From NCBI GenBank assembly GCA_040876925.1, contig JBBDOS010000009.1, forward strand, positions 1 to 58,764: a DNA stretch of 58,764 nt. Reading direction: 5' to 3'. Positions 28,569 to 37,312 of the stretch are shown in pieces (position 1 is the first letter of the stretch; each line of letters begins with the position of its first letter). A program made the position numbers and the translations under genes. The stretch comes from Candidatus Saccharimonadales bacterium (lineage in GTDB: Bacteria; Patescibacteriota; Saccharimonadia; QS-5-54-17). The notes under the pieces are model-generated. The model was not told the origin of the DNA. It worked only from the letters and a program-made list of their open reading frames with translations, and did not search any database.

Positions 28569-29444
28569 ATGAATTCTAAATTAATAGCTATAGTAGGCGA
28601 GACCGCTACTGGTAAGTCAAAGTTAGCAATGGAAACAGCCAAACAATTTAATGGTGAGATTATTAATGCCGATTCATGGCAAATATATAAGTACATGGAC
28701 ATAGGAACAGCTAAGCCATCAAAAGAAGATAGAGCTCAAATACCTCATCATTTAATAGATATAGCCAATCCTGACGAAGATTTTAATGCAGCTATCTATA
28801 AGAACAAAGCTCAATTAGCTATAAAAGATATATTAAACAGAGGTAAATTACCTATAATAGTTGGCGGTACAGGCCTTTATGTAGACAGCGTATTATTTGA
28901 TTATAGTTTTGCACCTAAAGGGGATTTAGCAGCCAGACAAGAACTAAATAATAAAACCATAGATCAGTTAATAGACATAGCTACTAATAAGAATATATCT
29001 TTACTAGGCATAGACACTCGCAATAAAAGACGTCTAGTGAGATTAATTGAATCAAATGGTTTTATACCTCAGAAAAAATCTATAAGATCCAATACCCTAA
29101 TTATAGGCACAAAGACTGAGTCCAGGTCTAAGCTAAGAGCAAACATTGAGTATAGAGTAGAAACTATGTTCAGACATGGCCTCAGGCGTGAAGTAGATGA
29201 ACTGGCTCAACACTATAACTGGGATGTAGAAGCTATGAAGGGCATAGGTTATAGAGAATTCAAAGACTATTATGAAGATAATCAATCTATATCTGAAACT
29301 AAACGCAAGATTGTTAAATCTACCCTAGATTTAGCTAAGAGACAGCGTACATGGTTTAAGAAGAATATGGACATAAAATGGGTCCAAAGTATAGATGAGG
29401 GCTTAGAGTTAGCTAATGATTTTATTAACCACAAAACAACTTAA
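28569..29444 (+). CDS. miaA: tRNA dimethylallyltransferase
   Basis: GETATGKS, DSWQIYKYMDIGTAKP, VGGTGLY, AKRQRTWF. Confidence 0.96.
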   Translation: MNSKLIAIVGETATGKSKLAMETAKQFNGEIINADSWQIYKYMDIGTAKPSKEDRAQIPHHLIDIANPDEDFNAAIYKNKAQLAIKDILNRGKLPIIVGGTGLYVDSVLFDYSFAPKGDLAARQELNNKTIDQLIDIATNKNISLLGIDTRNKRRLVRLIESNGFIPQKKSIRSNTLIIGTKTESRSKLRANIEYRVETMFRHGLRREVDELAQHYNWDVEAMKGIGYREFKDYYEDNQSISETKRKIVKSTLDLAKRQRTWFKKNMDIKWVQSIDEGLELANDFINHKTT

Positions 29445-29472
29445 AGCTAGACGAATTAATTATTAACAAACA

Positions 29473-30774
29473 ATGCTTTATACTAATAGTAATATGTTAC
29501 CTCATCTATTAGCTATATGGGTCGGCAAAATACTAATATTATTAGGGCGGCTTAAGGGCGGCAGCTCTTCTTTACCGGGTTTGGTAGTAGAGAAGTTGTA
29601 CCCAAACTTTATTCAGCATATACCCAGTTATTTCGACAAGATTATTGTAGTAACAGGCACAAATGGAAAAACTACTACTACAAAATTGTTGAGAAATATA
29701 CTACATGAAGAATTTGATTTAGTAGTCAGCAATCAGTCTGGCAGTAATATGCCTAGAGGAATTATTACATCTGTAATATCTTCTATGAGTTGGACAGGAA
29801 AACTACACGCTAAAATAGGTTTATTTGAAGTTGATGAAGGATTTACAACATATATGTGCAAAGAGTTAGAGCCAGAAGTGCTAGCTATATTAAACTTGCA
29901 CAGAGATCAACTAGATCGTTATGGCGAGGTAGATAGGATAATAAATATGCTATCTAAAGCAGCTGAATCAAGTAAGTCTGTGCTTGTTAATTTTGATGAC
30001 CCTAAACTAAAAAGTGCTTTTATACAGTTTGATAATATAACTAGCTTATCGGCTTCATCTAAAGTACGCAGATTAGTGCCTAACGATGACCAGCTTCATA
30101 AAAGCACTTCAGCTACTATTGACAACGAAAAAGACTATCCAGCGGATATATTTATCAAATATGTTAATGGATACAATCACGGTCAGGAAATAAAGATTGA
30201 TATAAGATGTGTAGATATAAAAATCAAAACTAAACTACAAGGTGTTTTTAACGCATACAATATTGCTGTGGCTGTGGCTATAGCAAGCGATCTGGGTGTT
30301 AATAAGGATACTATTAACAATGTAGTTGCGAATTTTGAACCTGCATTTGGCCGTAGTGAAATTGTTAAACTTAAAGACAAGTATATTAAAATTCTTTTAG
30401 TTAAAAACCCTAGTGGCTTCAATCAAATTATTGTTAGTTTCTTAAATCAGCAACCTTTGCCTACTTTGATTATTATTAATGACAATTATGCTGATGGTCG
30501 CGATGTTTCCTGGTTGTGGGATGTTGATATTGAGAATTGGCATAATATTGATTCGGGTAAAATTATAACTAGTGGTACTAGGGCTTATGATATGGCCCTG
30601 AGACTTCAATATGCGAATATTGAGTGTGTTGTTGAGCCTGATATAAAGAAGGCCATAGCTAAATTAATTAGTTTAACTCCCAAAAATGGTACTAGCAATA
30701 TAGTTCCAACATACACCGCTATGTTAAAGTCGCGTAAGCTATTAAAGAATAAAGCAAAATTAAAGGCTTGGTAA
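29473..30774 (+). CDS. murT: MurT lipid II amidotransferase subunit (Mur ligase + DUF1727)
   Basis: VTGTNGKTTT, GSNMPRG, LNLHRDQLDRYGE, LVKNPSG, INDNYADGRDVSWLWDVD, PTYTAM. Confidence 0.9.
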   Translation: MLYTNSNMLPHLLAIWVGKILILLGRLKGGSSSLPGLVVEKLYPNFIQHIPSYFDKIIVVTGTNGKTTTTKLLRNILHEEFDLVVSNQSGSNMPRGIITSVISSMSWTGKLHAKIGLFEVDEGFTTYMCKELEPEVLAILNLHRDQLDRYGEVDRIINMLSKAAESSKSVLVNFDDPKLKSAFIQFDNITSLSASSKVRRLVPNDDQLHKSTSATIDNEKDYPADIFIKYVNGYNHGQEIKIDIRCVDIKIKTKLQGVFNAYNIAVAVAIASDLGVNKDTINNVVANFEPAFGRSEIVKLKDKYIKILLVKNPSGFNQIIVSFLNQQPLPTLIIINDNYADGRDVSWLWDVDIENWHNIDSGKIITSGTRAYDMALRLQYANIECVVEPDIKKAIAKLISLTPKNGTSNIVPTYTAMLKSRKLLKNKAKLKAW

Positions 30775-30784
30775 GGGGCAACTT

Positions 30785-31495
30785 ATGGAATTAAAAATAG
30801 CCCATTTATACCCTCAAAATATGAATATTTATGGTGACTGGGGGAATGTCGTTACCTTAGAGAAGAGGCTTGAATGGCGAGGCTATAAGATTAAGTATGA
30901 AGTTGTAGAAATTGGCGATGAATATGATTTTACTCAAGCAGATATAGTGTTTGGCGGCGGCGGCCAAGATAAAGGCCAATTGATAGTTGCCGAGGATCTG
31001 CAGAGACACAGAAAGAACATAAATAAGGCTAATAAAGAAGGTGTAGTCTTTCTATTAGTTTGTGGTCTTTATCAATTGTTTGGAAATAAATTTACTACAT
31101 CAATTGGCGAGGAGTTACCTGGTTTAGGCGTATTTGACGCTGAGACAGTAGGCTCTGAAGATAGAATGATAGGGAATATAGTACTACAAACCTCCTGGGG
31201 TGAGTTAGTGGGGTTTGAAAACCATAGCGGTAAAACTATTCTAAACTCGGGTCAAAGTGCTCTAGGTAGGGTGACGAAAGGTTACGGAAATAACGGCTCC
31301 GATGGCTTCGAGGGTGCTATTAGCAATAACTCATTCGGGACTTACTTACATGGCTCATTATTGCCCAAGAATCCAAAATTTGCAGATGAATTAATTAAAA
31401 GAGCGTTAACCCGAAGAGGTGACTTAACAAACCTAGAACCTCTAAGTGATAGTTTAGCTGTTAAGGCTGCAAATATAGCGAAGTCTAGACCTTAA
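30785..31495 (+). CDS. gatD: GatD glutamine amidotransferase (CobQ-like)
   Basis: HLYP..MNIYGD.GN, GGGQD, VCGLYQLFG, GFENHSG, TYLHGSLLPKNP. Confidence 0.92.
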   Translation: MELKIAHLYPQNMNIYGDWGNVVTLEKRLEWRGYKIKYEVVEIGDEYDFTQADIVFGGGGQDKGQLIVAEDLQRHRKNINKANKEGVVFLLVCGLYQLFGNKFTTSIGEELPGLGVFDAETVGSEDRMIGNIVLQTSWGELVGFENHSGKTILNSGQSALGRVTKGYGNNGSDGFEGAISNNSFGTYLHGSLLPKNPKFADELIKRALTRRGDLTNLEPLSDSLAVKAANIAKSRP

Positions 31496-31609
31496 AGTTG
31501 TTCATTGAATATAGATATTTATGCAAATTAACCAGGGTTATTTAAAAATAAGCCTATATTGTAACAGTAATTTTTGCTACAATTAAAGATAATAAATTGG
31601 AGAATAACA

Positions 31610-32239
31610 TTGGTCGAGCAACTATTTGGATCAAAAACCAGAGTCAAGTTACTGCATTTGTTTTGCAATAACCCTAATCGTAGCTTTTATGTGCGAGAGA
31701 TTACTCGCAAGATAGAAGAGCAGATTAATTCTGTGCGCAGAGAATTATCTAATTTACTCAGTATCGGGATAATTAAGTCTGACACTAGTGGAAACAGGTT
31801 ATATTATGAAGTCAACCAAGACCATCCCTACTATAAGTCTTTGCGATCGATGTTTACATATGTAGCTGATGAAGGAGCTGACTCGTCAGTTACTTCAACT
31901 GATATGTCTACTAGATTTAGGGCAGTTGGTAGCGTTGATTATGTAGCCTTAAGCGGAGTCTTAACTAGAGACGATAAGTCTCCTGTAGATATACTTATTG
32001 TTGGAGATGTAAATAAGAGCAGGTTGGATAATTTGATATCCGAAATAGAGAGTGAGGAGGGGGGCGAACTGCGCTATACTGTATTGAGTCGTGGTCAGTA
32101 TGATTATCGTTATCATCTTAAGGATAAATTCCTTAATTCTGTGTTTAATTCTAAAAAAACAGTAGTAATAGATAGAATTCATAGTGAGGACGAAGATACT
32201 GATAAAAATAATAGCAAACCTAAAAAATCAAAAGAATAA
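31610..32239 (+). CDS. Winged-HTH plus nucleotidyltransferase-like protein (CPR family)
   Basis: LFGSKTRVKLL..F, YVREITR....INSVRREL, VDILIVG; TTG start 31610 after GGAGA. Confidence 0.7.
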   Translation: MVEQLFGSKTRVKLLHLFCNNPNRSFYVREITRKIEEQINSVRRELSNLLSIGIIKSDTSGNRLYYEVNQDHPYYKSLRSMFTYVADEGADSSVTSTDMSTRFRAVGSVDYVALSGVLTRDDKSPVDILIVGDVNKSRLDNLISEIESEEGGELRYTVLSRGQYDYRYHLKDKFLNSVFNSKKTVVIDRIHSEDEDTDKNNSKPKKSKE

Positions 32240-32249
32240 AGGAGGATAA

Positions 32250-32879
32250 GTGGAGATTACATATTATGGAGCTAATTGTATCAAGATAGCTTCCAAAGAA
32301 GTGACTATATTAATAGATCCAGTGACGGGTGAATATGGGCCTAATCCTAAAGTTAAAGCTGATGTATTGCTGTATTCGCAGCCAACTAAGAAGGATATAG
32401 CTTCTAAAATAGACTTCCTTATAGATAACCCCGGTGAATACGAGATAAAATCAGTCATGATAGATGCTATTGCTGCTAGATTACACACCCAGAAACAGGA
32501 AGAAGCTCCGAAAGGTGTTATATATAACATATCCCATAAGGATATAAGAATATTAGTACCCGGCAATATACATCCAAACATTGCAGATGACCAGTTAGAT
32601 AGAATAGATGGCATAGACGCTCTAGTAGTTCCAGTTGGTGGTAGGGGGTTAACTATGGACAAAGAAGCTGCGGCAGATTTTATTAGACAATTTGATCCAT
32701 CTCTAGTAATTCCTATTCACTATGATGATGGTAAAACTAAATATCCTATGCCACAGGATAAAGTGGATAGCTTTTTACAAGAAGTTGGTGCTATAGATGC
32801 ATCTCATGATAAAAGTATAAAAATATCTACTCGAGACGTATCTGAAGACGTTAAGTTTGTAGTGCTAGATACTATTTAG
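32250..32879 (+). CDS. MBL-fold protein (Lactamase_B_3-like), metal motif degenerate
   Basis: ITYYGANC, ILIDP, PGEYEI, VVPVGG, VIPIHY; HxHxDH absent. Confidence 0.7.
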   Translation: MEITYYGANCIKIASKEVTILIDPVTGEYGPNPKVKADVLLYSQPTKKDIASKIDFLIDNPGEYEIKSVMIDAIAARLHTQKQEEAPKGVIYNISHKDIRILVPGNIHPNIADDQLDRIDGIDALVVPVGGRGLTMDKEAAADFIRQFDPSLVIPIHYDDGKTKYPMPQDKVDSFLQEVGAIDASHDKSIKISTRDVSEDVKFVVLDTI

Positions 32880-32901
32880 TTAAAGATTTAAACTGGGCTG
32901 A

Positions 32902-33120
32902 CTATTCTGATTTTGCAGAGTTAATAGTTTGATATCGCCCTTGTTTTTTAAGTGTACGCAATCCTTGAGCACTAATCTTCATAGTGACCTTCTTCCCGTC
33001 AAGTAAAAACGTTTGTTTATGTAGGTTCGGTTTCCATATTTTCCTAGTTTTTCTTTGAGAAAAACTAACATTATGACCAAACTGCTTACCTTTATCTGTA
33101 ATTTCGCATTTGTGAGCCAT
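32902..33120 (-). CDS. rpmB: 50S ribosomal protein L28
   Basis: CEITDK..QFGHNVSFS.RKTRKIWKPNL, ISAQGLRT. Confidence 0.95.
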   Translation of the reverse strand: MAHKCEITDKGKQFGHNVSFSQRKTRKIWKPNLHKQTFLLDGKKVTMKISAQGLRTLKKQGRYQTINSAKSE

Positions 33121-33263
33121 GACTATCTCCTTAAGAACAAATCAAATGATATCATACCAAAGTATAGCTAAATAGTGCAAATAAAATTTATTTTATTTGC
33201 AGCTAAGTTTTCATATAGGTGCTTACTTAATGTTTATAATTTAGCTATACTAGGTAGGAGTAT

Positions 33264-33902
33264 ATGATGATAGGTGATACATTTACGATAATTATTATAG
33301 TTCTGGCCACTTTAGCTGTGTCAGTGACTCTCCATGAGTATATGCATGGCTATGTTGCTTACAAGTTAGGAGATAACACAGCTAAGTTTAGTGGGCGTCT
33401 AACCCTAAATCCACTAGCCCATGTAGATCCGTTCGCTACTGTATTGCTGCCGATAATTCTAGCTGTGATTGGCCTACCACCATTCGGAGCTGCTAAACCA
33501 GTACCATTTAATCCTAGCAACCTTAGGAATGGAGAGACAGGCCTAATGATGGTGTCTATAGCTGGTCCATTAACCAATCTAGTCCTAGCTGCTATTGGCG
33601 GTATTCTTTTCCAAGTTTTACCAGCATCATTTTTCTCTTTAGCTATTTTGCCGTTGTTTATAGTACTTAACCTAGCTTTCTTTGTTTTTAATATGATTCC
33701 TTTTCCGCCACTAGATGGATCCAGAGTTCTATACGTACTAGCACCAGAGTCTATACGTAGATTTATGCACAGCATAGAGCGTATGGGTCTTGTCGGTATA
33801 GGCCTTTTTATATTTATAGGCTTTCCTATAATAGGGCCTTTCTTAAGCGAAGCTATAGGCATACTTACTCAGTGGCTAGCAGGGGAAAATCTACTGCTTT
33901 AA
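33264..33902 (+). CDS. Site-2 protease (M50 family)
   Basis: HEYMHG, GRLTLNPLAH, AGPLTN, FNMIPFPPLDG. Confidence 0.92.
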   Translation: MMIGDTFTIIIIVLATLAVSVTLHEYMHGYVAYKLGDNTAKFSGRLTLNPLAHVDPFATVLLPIILAVIGLPPFGAAKPVPFNPSNLRNGETGLMMVSIAGPLTNLVLAAIGGILFQVLPASFFSLAILPLFIVLNLAFFVFNMIPFPPLDGSRVLYVLAPESIRRFMHSIERMGLVGIGLFIFIGFPIIGPFLSEAIGILTQWLAGENLLL

Positions 33903-33929
33903 GAAATGCCAACGTGATATAATATAAGT

Positions 33930-34092
33930 GTCTCCGCACATACGCCGTACTTTGGCATTGTTTTCCTGAACAATTAGTTTTGAAAGGGAGTCTTATATTA
34001 GTCAAGTCCAGCGATTCGTTCGCAGACTTGGTCTTGCGGACACCCACCTGCCTTCGGTAGGAAAAACGGCCACTGTATGACTGTGCGGGGAC
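33930..34092 (+). ncRNA. ssrS: Probable 6S RNA
   Basis: TGaTATAAT promoter at 33915-23; closing stem GTCTCCGCACA/TGTGCGGGGAC; TTTTCCTG/TAGGAAAA; central bubble; GGGAGTCT/GGACACCC; CAAGTC/GACTTG; CCTGAAC and CACC motifs in E. coli-like positions. Confidence 0.7.
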
Positions 34093-34170
34093 CTTAACAT
34101 ATTATCTAGACAAACATTTTGTCTGTAATATACTTAGTCACACTTAATAATTTAAATGAGCGTTTTAGAT

Positions 34171-34295
34171 TAATATGGTGAAGAGGGTGCAATTCTCTCA
34201 CTGTCGCGCAACGGTAAAAGTCCGAGCCCATATTACCTCTCTAGTTTGTTATGTACAAAGCAACTAGTAAAAAATCGCTAGACTCGCGTCAAGTC
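34171..34295 (+). promoter_or_regulatory. Cobalamin riboswitch (compact)
   Basis: TAATATGG/CCATATTA closing stem, GAGGGTGCAATTCTC T-loop hairpin, CTGTCGCGCAACGGTAA, AAGTCCGAG, and a downstream GACT-CGCGTCA-AGTC hairpin with CGCG complementary to L5. Confidence 0.85.
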
Positions 34296-34318
34296 ATAAA
34301 TTCATTCGAAAATATGAA

Positions 34319-34352
34319 ACACCTAGTACGTAAGTCTAGGTGTATTTTTTAT
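34319..34352 (+). terminator. Riboswitch-controlled intrinsic terminator
   Basis: ACACCTAG/CTAGGTGT stem followed by ATTTTTTAT, upstream of the SD of the next gene. Confidence 0.8.
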
Positions 34353-34384
34353 ACAAAACGTCTCTTAAAACAAGGAGGTTACAG

Positions 34385-34843
34385 GTGTTAAATAATATTA
34401 ATAAACAAAAGCTGGTAGGTATATTTACTACCTTAATGATAGTTGTTGCACTAGGTATTTTAGGCGCGTATGCCTTTAATCAATATCAGGCAAATCAATC
34501 TAATGGAGATACTGTATCCGAAGAGGAAACTATTCAAGAATCGGTTGAGATATCTTTGAATTATGGTGACGGAGAAGATTCAGAAATATACTACGCTCAA
34601 TACAAAAGCGGTATGAGCGTTTTTGAGGCGCTAGAATCAGCATCAGAACTTAATGATTTTGAGCTAGAGTACACCGATTATGGAGGGGATCTAGGTGTGT
34701 TTGTTGAGTCTATTAATGGATATTCTGGTGGTGACGATAAATGGTGGCAGTTTTGGGTAAACGATGAGTATCAAACGAGTGGTATGAGCAGTGTGATAGT
34801 TAGTTCAGGTGATATAATAGAGCTAAGATTAACTGGAGAATAG
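34385..34843 (+). CDS. DUF4430-domain membrane-anchored protein (putative cobalamin-binding)
   Basis: AAGGAGG SD then GTG 34385; TM anchor; SVFEAL, LGVFVESING, WWQFWVND..G.....GD.I. Confidence 0.8.
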   Translation: MLNNINKQKLVGIFTTLMIVVALGILGAYAFNQYQANQSNGDTVSEEETIQESVEISLNYGDGEDSEIYYAQYKSGMSVFEALESASELNDFELEYTDYGGDLGVFVESINGYSGGDDKWWQFWVNDEYQTSGMSSVIVSSGDIIELRLTGE

Positions 34844-34848
34844 AAAAA

Positions 34849-35406
34849 TTGAAAAATCTAAAAACTATAGACAACAAAACGAAGTTAATACTAGCCTTAG
34901 TTTTAATAGCTATTGGTGTGAGCGGTAGATTATTACCGCATTTATGGAACTTTACCCCCATAATAGCTATAGCGCTATTCGCAGGTGTTTATATGGGTAA
35001 GAAATATGCAGTATTTTTACCGCTAACAATAATGTTAATAGGTGATATTTTCATAGGCTTTGACCATCTAGCTATAACCATATCTATATATGGATCCATA
35101 GCACTAGCGGGCTTGTTGGCTTATGGCCTACGTCGATATAAAAGCTTTAGGGTAGTTGCTGGTATAACAGTTGCTTCATCAATAATGTTCTTCCTAATAA
35201 CTAACGCTGCTGTCTGGGTATTTAGCCCTCTATATACACCTAATTTTTCAGGGCTAATGCAGTCATATGTTATGGGAATACCTTTTTTCCGTAACTCTCT
35301 AATAGGTAACCTATTCTATACAGGCATACTCTTTGGAGTTTATGAACTAGCTACATTTAGAAGTAGATACAAAACTGGCTTAGTTGCTAAAAATATTAAC
35401 TTTTAG
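34849..35406 (+). CDS. DUF6580-family membrane protein (ECF S-component-like putative vitamin transporter)
   Basis: RLLPHLWNFTPIIAIALFAG, FFLITN..VW, Y...GL..SY.MGIPFFRNSL.GNL.Y; ~6 TM segments; TTG start. Confidence 0.75.
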   Translation: MKNLKTIDNKTKLILALVLIAIGVSGRLLPHLWNFTPIIAIALFAGVYMGKKYAVFLPLTIMLIGDIFIGFDHLAITISIYGSIALAGLLAYGLRRYKSFRVVAGITVASSIMFFLITNAAVWVFSPLYTPNFSGLMQSYVMGIPFFRNSLIGNLFYTGILFGVYELATFRSRYKTGLVAKNINF

Positions 35407-35412
35407 AAGTAA

Positions 35413-35489
35413 TGGTCGGGGATATCGGATTTGAACCGATGACCTCACGGCCCCCAGCCGTACGCGCTGCCTGACTGCGCTAATCCCCG
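35413..35489 (-). tRNA. tRNA-Pro(GGG)
   Basis: Reverse complement CGGGGAT...ATCCCCG-A-CCA, loop CT-GGG-GG. Confidence 0.96.
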
Positions 35490-35543
35490 CACCAAGATTG
35501 TAGCACTAAAAGCGCATTTCTATATCTGCTATAATTAATTACA

Positions 35544-36200
35544 ATGTCAAAAACAAAACCAGTAAACTATGAACAGGTATCGCTAGAGGCACTGCAGCAA
35601 GGCATGGCTGTTGTTAAAAAAGGTAATGATGTATACGGTCTTTATGTAGATGGGTCTAGAGAGTTAATATCTAGCAGCGAAAGTCCAGATTATGTCTGGG
35701 AAGATGCTTTAAATGCTCTAAAAAAACGAGTTAACAGAAATAAAGAGCAAAGTAACAATGATCTAAGTGGTAAAGATGTAAAAAAGTCAACAAAAATCAG
35801 GATATATTCTGATGGTGGTTCTAGAGGTAATCCGGGACCATCTGCTGCTGGATATGTAATTATGACGAAGGATGAAAGTCAAATACTACATAATGGTGGT
35901 AAATATTTAGGGATTACAACCAATAATCAAGCCGAATACCAAGCTGTTAAACTTGCACTAGAAGCTGCAGAGAAATTTTCCCCAGATGAAATAGATTTTT
36001 GTGTCGATAGCTTATTAGTAGCTAATCAACTTAACGGAATATTTAAGGTTAAAAACAAAGAACTATGGCCGGTTTATGAATCAATCAAAGAGCATACTAA
36101 TAAATTTAAAAAAGTTACCTTCCGGCATGTTTATAGAGAAGACAATACTCTAGCAGATGAACAAGTCAATATTATTTTAGATGAACATTCTAAAGAATAG
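35544..36200 (+). CDS. Ribonuclease HI-family protein with ~85-aa N-terminal extension
   Basis: IYSDGGSRGNPGPSA, TNNQAEYQA, DSLLVANQ, HVYREDN..AD. Confidence 0.9.
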   Translation: MSKTKPVNYEQVSLEALQQGMAVVKKGNDVYGLYVDGSRELISSSESPDYVWEDALNALKKRVNRNKEQSNNDLSGKDVKKSTKIRIYSDGGSRGNPGPSAAGYVIMTKDESQILHNGGKYLGITTNNQAEYQAVKLALEAAEKFSPDEIDFCVDSLLVANQLNGIFKVKNKELWPVYESIKEHTNKFKKVTFRHVYREDNTLADEQVNIILDEHSKE

Positions 36201-36257
36201 GGATTAGTACAATCTAATCATTGATAAAACTTAAGCACAATATTATAATATATATTT

Positions 36258-36598
36258 GCAAGATTGCTGGATGACTGCCGCTAACTATAAGTTAAGCGGA
36301 GGAAAGTCCGGACAGCGTATGGGTAGGACGGTCGTTAACGGCGACCGGGAGCGATCCCAGGGAAAGTGCCACAGAAACAATACCGCCTCTTTGGAGGTAA
36401 GGGTGAAATGAGTAGGGTAAGAGCCTACAGCTATAGTAGGTGACTACTATAGAAGGTAAACCCCGTCCGCTGCAAGGAGCGAGTCGTTTATGCTTACCCA
36501 GGCGACGGCTTAGCACAATAACCGCTTGATTCTATTAGCAATAATAGGACTAGAGAGATAGTCATCTTTAACAGAATCCGGCTTACAGGTGATCTTGC
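36258..36598 (+). ncRNA. rnpB: RNase P RNA
   Basis: GAGGAAAGTCC, GAAAGTGCCACAGAAA, AAGGGTGAAA, GGTAAACCCC, ACAGAATCCGGCTTA; P1 GCAAGAT/ATCTTGC. Confidence 0.96.
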
Positions 36599-36600
36599 AT

Positions 36601-36631
36601 TAAATATACCCCTTATATAGGGGTATATTTA
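36601..36631. terminator. Hairpin between convergent rnpB and rplT
   Basis: Perfect 13-bp inverted repeat TAAATATACCCCT/AGGGGTATATTTA. Confidence 0.7.
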
Positions 36632-36660
36632 ATGCTCTATTAGACTTAATTTAAGATAAA

Positions 36661-37017
36661 TTATTTTTGACTAGATTTTTGAGCTTGATTTACAATAGCT
36701 GTAAATATTTTTGGCTGAGAAACTGCTAGTTCTGCTAGTATTTTACGATCTAATTTAATATTAGAGGTTTTAATCTGATTCATTAGCTTTGAATAGGTTA
36801 AGCCGTTTTTTCTAGCAGCAGCATTGATACGGGCAATCCATAATTTTCTAAAATCACGTTTTTTATTACGTCTATCACGATACTGATACTGCATAGACTT
36901 TTGAACACCTTGCTTAGCCATTCTGTAGCTAGAGGTTCTAGCATGAGACATGCCCTTGGCTTGCTTCAGTATCTTCTTATGCCGTTTTCTGGCGGCTACA
37001 CCTCTTTTGACTCTCAT
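36661..37017 (-). CDS. rplT: 50S ribosomal protein L20
   Basis: [39 protein letters not shown]. Confidence 0.97.
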   Translation of the reverse strand: MRVKRGVAARKRHKKILKQAKGMSHARTSSYRMAKQGVQKSMQYQYRDRRNKKRDFRKLWIARINAAARKNGLTYSKLMNQIKTSNIKLDRKILAELAVSQPKIFTAIVNQAQKSSQK

Positions 37018-37215
37018 TTATTTACCTCCAAGCATTTTGTTAACATTGGCATTATCACCATCAGAGAAGTCAAATTCTCTAGTGAAGTTTCGTTTACGTG
37101 AATTACGCTTCTTGGATAGCATATGTGATCTAAAAGCTCGTCTTCTACGCAACTTACCGCTGCCAGTCACTTTGACGCGCTTACTAGCTCCACTATGGGT
37201 TTTCATCTTTGGCAT
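37018..37215 (-). CDS. rpmI: 50S ribosomal protein L35
   Basis: [29 protein letters not shown]. Confidence 0.97.
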   Translation of the reverse strand: MPKMKTHSGASKRVKVTGSGKLRRRRAFRSHMLSKKRNSRKRNFTREFDFSDGDNANVNKMLGGK

Positions 37216-37312
37216 AGTTTAATTCTACTCCCTTAAACAAATTTATTTATAAACACTGCTTGCAATTCTATCACACAGGCAGATTAGTTTAAAACTATTT
37301 TATACTAAATAA

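Noticed and set aside
33865-34047. 60-aa minus-strand ORF
   Set aside because: Overlaps the 6S-like RNA, which has better promoter and structure support.
36292-36516. 74-aa minus-strand ORF
   Set aside because: Antisense shadow of the RNase P RNA.
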